Below, in pieces: positions 61,332 to 64,000 of a stretch of DNA of 64,000 nt (position 1 is its first letter; the number at the start of each line of letters is the position of its first letter). The DNA is taken from IMG/VR virus record IMGVR_UViG_3300008119_000006. The stretch is one strand, 5' to 3'. This DNA comes from a virus. The position numbers and the translations under genes are program-made. A model generated the notes under the pieces. It had not been told where the DNA came from. It did not search any database and saw nothing but the letters and a program-made list of their open reading frames with translations.

Positions 61332-61995
61332 AGGATATAATATGAAAATTGAAATTGAAGTAATTGAAGAAAATGAAGATGGTTCGGCTGATGCTACTAT
61401 TAACTTTGATAAAGAAGCACTCGCATTGTTGATTCAATGGGGTTTGGTTGCCATGTTAAAAGAATCAGTTAATAATGATTTTTACAATCCAAAGAAAAAG
61501 GTAAAAAAATGAGTGATAGATTTGATTTTGAACAACAGATTCAAAAGTGTTGGTTGGTTACTGATGACATCTATGATTTGTCTGAGGCCATTCTCGAGCG
61601 TGATTTAAGCCATGACCAGATTACCAATGTATTATTTGGTCTGAAAGAAATCAACGAAATTAGATTCAACAAGTTGTGGGAATTATTTGAAGATGTACAT
61701 ATGTCGTTGGTTCGTGAGAATCGTATGTTGAATGAAGAATGTGCTGCATTGCGAGAGCAATTATTAGAAAAAGAAAAGAAGAAAAAATGAAATACATTGC
61801 CAAGCCAAAGTTATTTAATAATACAGGCATGAAAGAATTTGATGATGCTCGTGAGGCAGTCCTATACTTGAACCAGGTGCTGTCTGATAGTGTCGTGAAG
61901 CCTGAGTTGGACTATGTGTTCATTGCACCTAAGGCGTCACCTAAGCAGTTGAAACACGCTATTGAGGAGTATGTTGGTATTGGTAAGTTAATTTG

Positions 61996-62050
61996 TGTTG
62001 CTTAGGAACAACATACCACTTGACACCATCCGTGGTTGTGTTACAATGGT
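61996..62050 (+). promoter_or_regulatory. Palindrome-linked early promoter
   Basis: TGTTG-N8-CAACA, TTGACA, 16-nt spacer, TACAATGGT. Confidence 0.75.
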
Positions 62051-62541
62051 ATTTTAGTTGATTAGGAAAATTTATGGATTCTATTTCAAGAAGTGATATT
62101 ATTTTGATGTTATCAGTAAAAGGTTATTTTACTACTGATTCATTAATGAAGAAGTCCGATGAAGAATTGGATAATTTGTATATTGAATATATTGTATTAG
62201 AGGAAGATTATATATGATTAATGTAATTATTGGATTTGTTTTAGGTTTCTTTGTTGCTACAATCGGATTTAGTGGTCTAGCACAAGCATTAGATGAAGGC
62301 ATTGAAACATTAAAAACTATATCAGTTAAAGTGGATACAGGCAAATGACAAATAAGATTGCCGTAAGAATGAACGGTTATCCGTTTGCTTTCTTTAATAC
62401 CGAACAAGAAGCAAATAGGTTTGTTGAAATATTTAAAGTTGAACAGGCTATTAAACTGTCGCAACTTGATTATATTGACCATTCCGTTGCTGTATCAGAG
62501 TTACATGAAGCAAGAGAAGTAATTAACCATATTATGGAGTT

Positions 62542-62772
62542 ATGATGAAAAAAACATTAGTAGTATTATCTTTGTTATCGTTGACCGCTTGTGGTACAAC
62601 ATACACAATTAAAGGTTATACAGGTCCTGAAGTTATGGGTCGAAATGAAGTTATTAATGCTGCAAGAGAATGTGTTCGTGCCAAGATGCGGCCTACAACC
62701 GAATATGTAACACAAAAGGTTGATGGTAGCAAAGTGTTGGTACCCGTTGATGTTCGTTGCGATGCTTATTGA
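62542..62772 (+). CDS. Lipoprotein
   Basis: MKKTLVVLSLLSLTAC lipobox. Confidence 0.7.
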   Translation: MMKKTLVVLSLLSLTACGTTYTIKGYTGPEVMGRNEVINAARECVRAKMRPTTEYVTQKVDGSKVLVPVDVRCDAY

Positions 62773-63311
62773 GATTAAACATGGAATTATTTGAGAATTT
62801 ATCTTCTATTGGTATTACTACCAGAGTATTACAGTTTGCTATTTTGGCAGGCATTATAATCTTTTTGGTCGGTATGTATTGGCGTTTTGTTGTGACTGGC
62901 GTAGGCATTTTGTTTTGCGTTACTGTATTTGCCATGTCATCAGGAAATAGTTCTACTGAATCAAAGCCTGCGGTCATTGCACCAGAAGATGTTGTGCCAG
63001 CAGAGTTTATTGAAGATTGTATTAAATACAATTTAAATGCAACCAAATCAAGTTGTGAAAATCATTGGCGGGAGAATGGCAATGGCAAAGATTGATGATG
63101 GTATGTTAGAACATTTATCTGAAGATATTGATAATGCTTTAATTAAATGGCTGACTACATATGAAGTGCCTGGATTAAATTTAACTGCCGTTATGCTGGC
63201 AAGATTAACACACTTGGCCAAACAAGGAAATTATACTGATGATTTTCTTAGATTATTAGAAGCACCTAAAGATATTGTTGAAAACGAAAAAATAAAACCA
63301 CAGGTACATTA

Positions 63312-64000
63312 ATGAAAATTGCATTAGCCTCAGATATCCATTTAGAATTTGGGGACCTTTTCTTAAAGAATGAGGAAAATGCTGACGTTCTTGTTTTGAG
63401 TGGTGATATTTGCACAGCAAAACAATTTAAACACAAGCCAAAAGAAAGAATGATGGTTAAAGATTTCTTTAAGCGGTGTGCATTTCAATTTCCTCATGTT
63501 GTGTATATCATGGGTAATCACGAGCACTATAATTTTGATATTGCTAACACCTACGATAGGTTAAAAGCTGAATTGGCCGATTTGCCAAACATTCATTTGC
63601 TTGAGAAAGAAACATGGGAACACAATAGTGTGACCTTTGTTGCTGGTACATTATGGACTGATATGAACAAAGATGATCCATTGACCTTGTGGCATTGCGG
63701 CAAAGGTATGAGTGATTTTAGTGTGATTACAAATAGTAATCGTATGGTTCAACACAAGAGAAATGTTTACCATGAGAGTGAGCGAAATGAAGATGGTACT
63801 TTAATTGTTAAAGCTGTGGATCATTATCAATCGCCGTCTAAGTGGTCAGTAGAAGATTCTGTGGAAGACCATAAGAAAATGTTAGACTTCATTAACATTG
63901 TAACACAAGATAAGACAAAATGTTATGTAGCAGTAACACATCATGCGCCATCACCAATTAGTATTGCTGAGTGTTACAAAGGTGATACACTAATGAATGG
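63312..64000 (+). CDS. Calcineurin-like metallophosphoesterase (runs off window)
   Basis: SDIHLEF, LSGDI, MGNHEHY, TLWTD, THHAP. Confidence 0.85.
   Translation, partial: MKIALASDIHLEFGDLFLKNEENADVLVLSGDICTAKQFKHKPKERMMVKDFFKRCAFQFPHVVYIMGNHEHYNFDIANTYDRLKAELADLPNIHLLEKETWEHNSVTFVAGTLWTDMNKDDPLTLWHCGKGMSDFSVITNSNRMVQHKRNVYHESERNEDGTLIVKAVDHYQSPSKWSVEDSVEDHKKMLDFINIVTQDKTKCYVAVTHHAPSPISIAECYKGDTLMN

Noticed and set aside
3244-63046. Many short antisense or alternate-frame ORFs in the track (e.g. 4983-5318, 8687-9082, 44292-44675, 60181-60666)
   Set aside because: Shadows of well-supported + strand genes, without RBS or motifs.
1-64000. CRISPR array or stop-codon reassignment
   Set aside because: No regularly spaced repeats seen. 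Core genes are intact under code 11 and use all three stops, no suppressor tRNA is present, and the 11236 break is a frame change rather than readthrough.

Overview
A 64-kb, AT-rich segment of a large T4-like (Tevenvirinae/Kyanoviridae-type) myophage, probably aquatic and infecting a diderm proteobacterium (sigma70 promoters, spanins, proteobacterial-type IscU/ErpA). It is almost entirely + strand. In order: (i) tRNA-Met plus a highly non-canonical tRNA-Gly; (ii) replication genes (gp43, UvsX, gp41) followed by a DruA/DUF4338-like gene and a frameshifted nuclease-like gene; (iii) a ~10.5-kb glycosyltransferase/methyltransferase/NDP-sugar island; (iv) a late cluster of His/Lys-rich proteins with T4 capsid-targeting-like N-termini, including a ligase-fold protein and a nucleotidyltransferase-kinase fusion; (v) a lysis cassette; (vi) primase, nrdA-iscU-erpA-nrdB, RNase H; (vii) accessory genes (VWA/CobT-like, MazG-like, GalE-like, GroES, LpxH-like); (viii) a compositionally odd non-coding block at ~50.8-51.2 kb followed by an early-gene region with a repeated TGTTG-N8-CAACA promoter palindrome, tRNA-Tyr, tRNA-Glu, a CobS-like AAA+ ATPase and structured RNA candidates. 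The most interesting hypothesis (inference only) is a dedicated non-translational tRNA-Gly supplying glycine to a phage enzyme, possibly the DruA/Mom-like protein, for DNA modification. All family calls come from motif recognition and synteny, not database searches.
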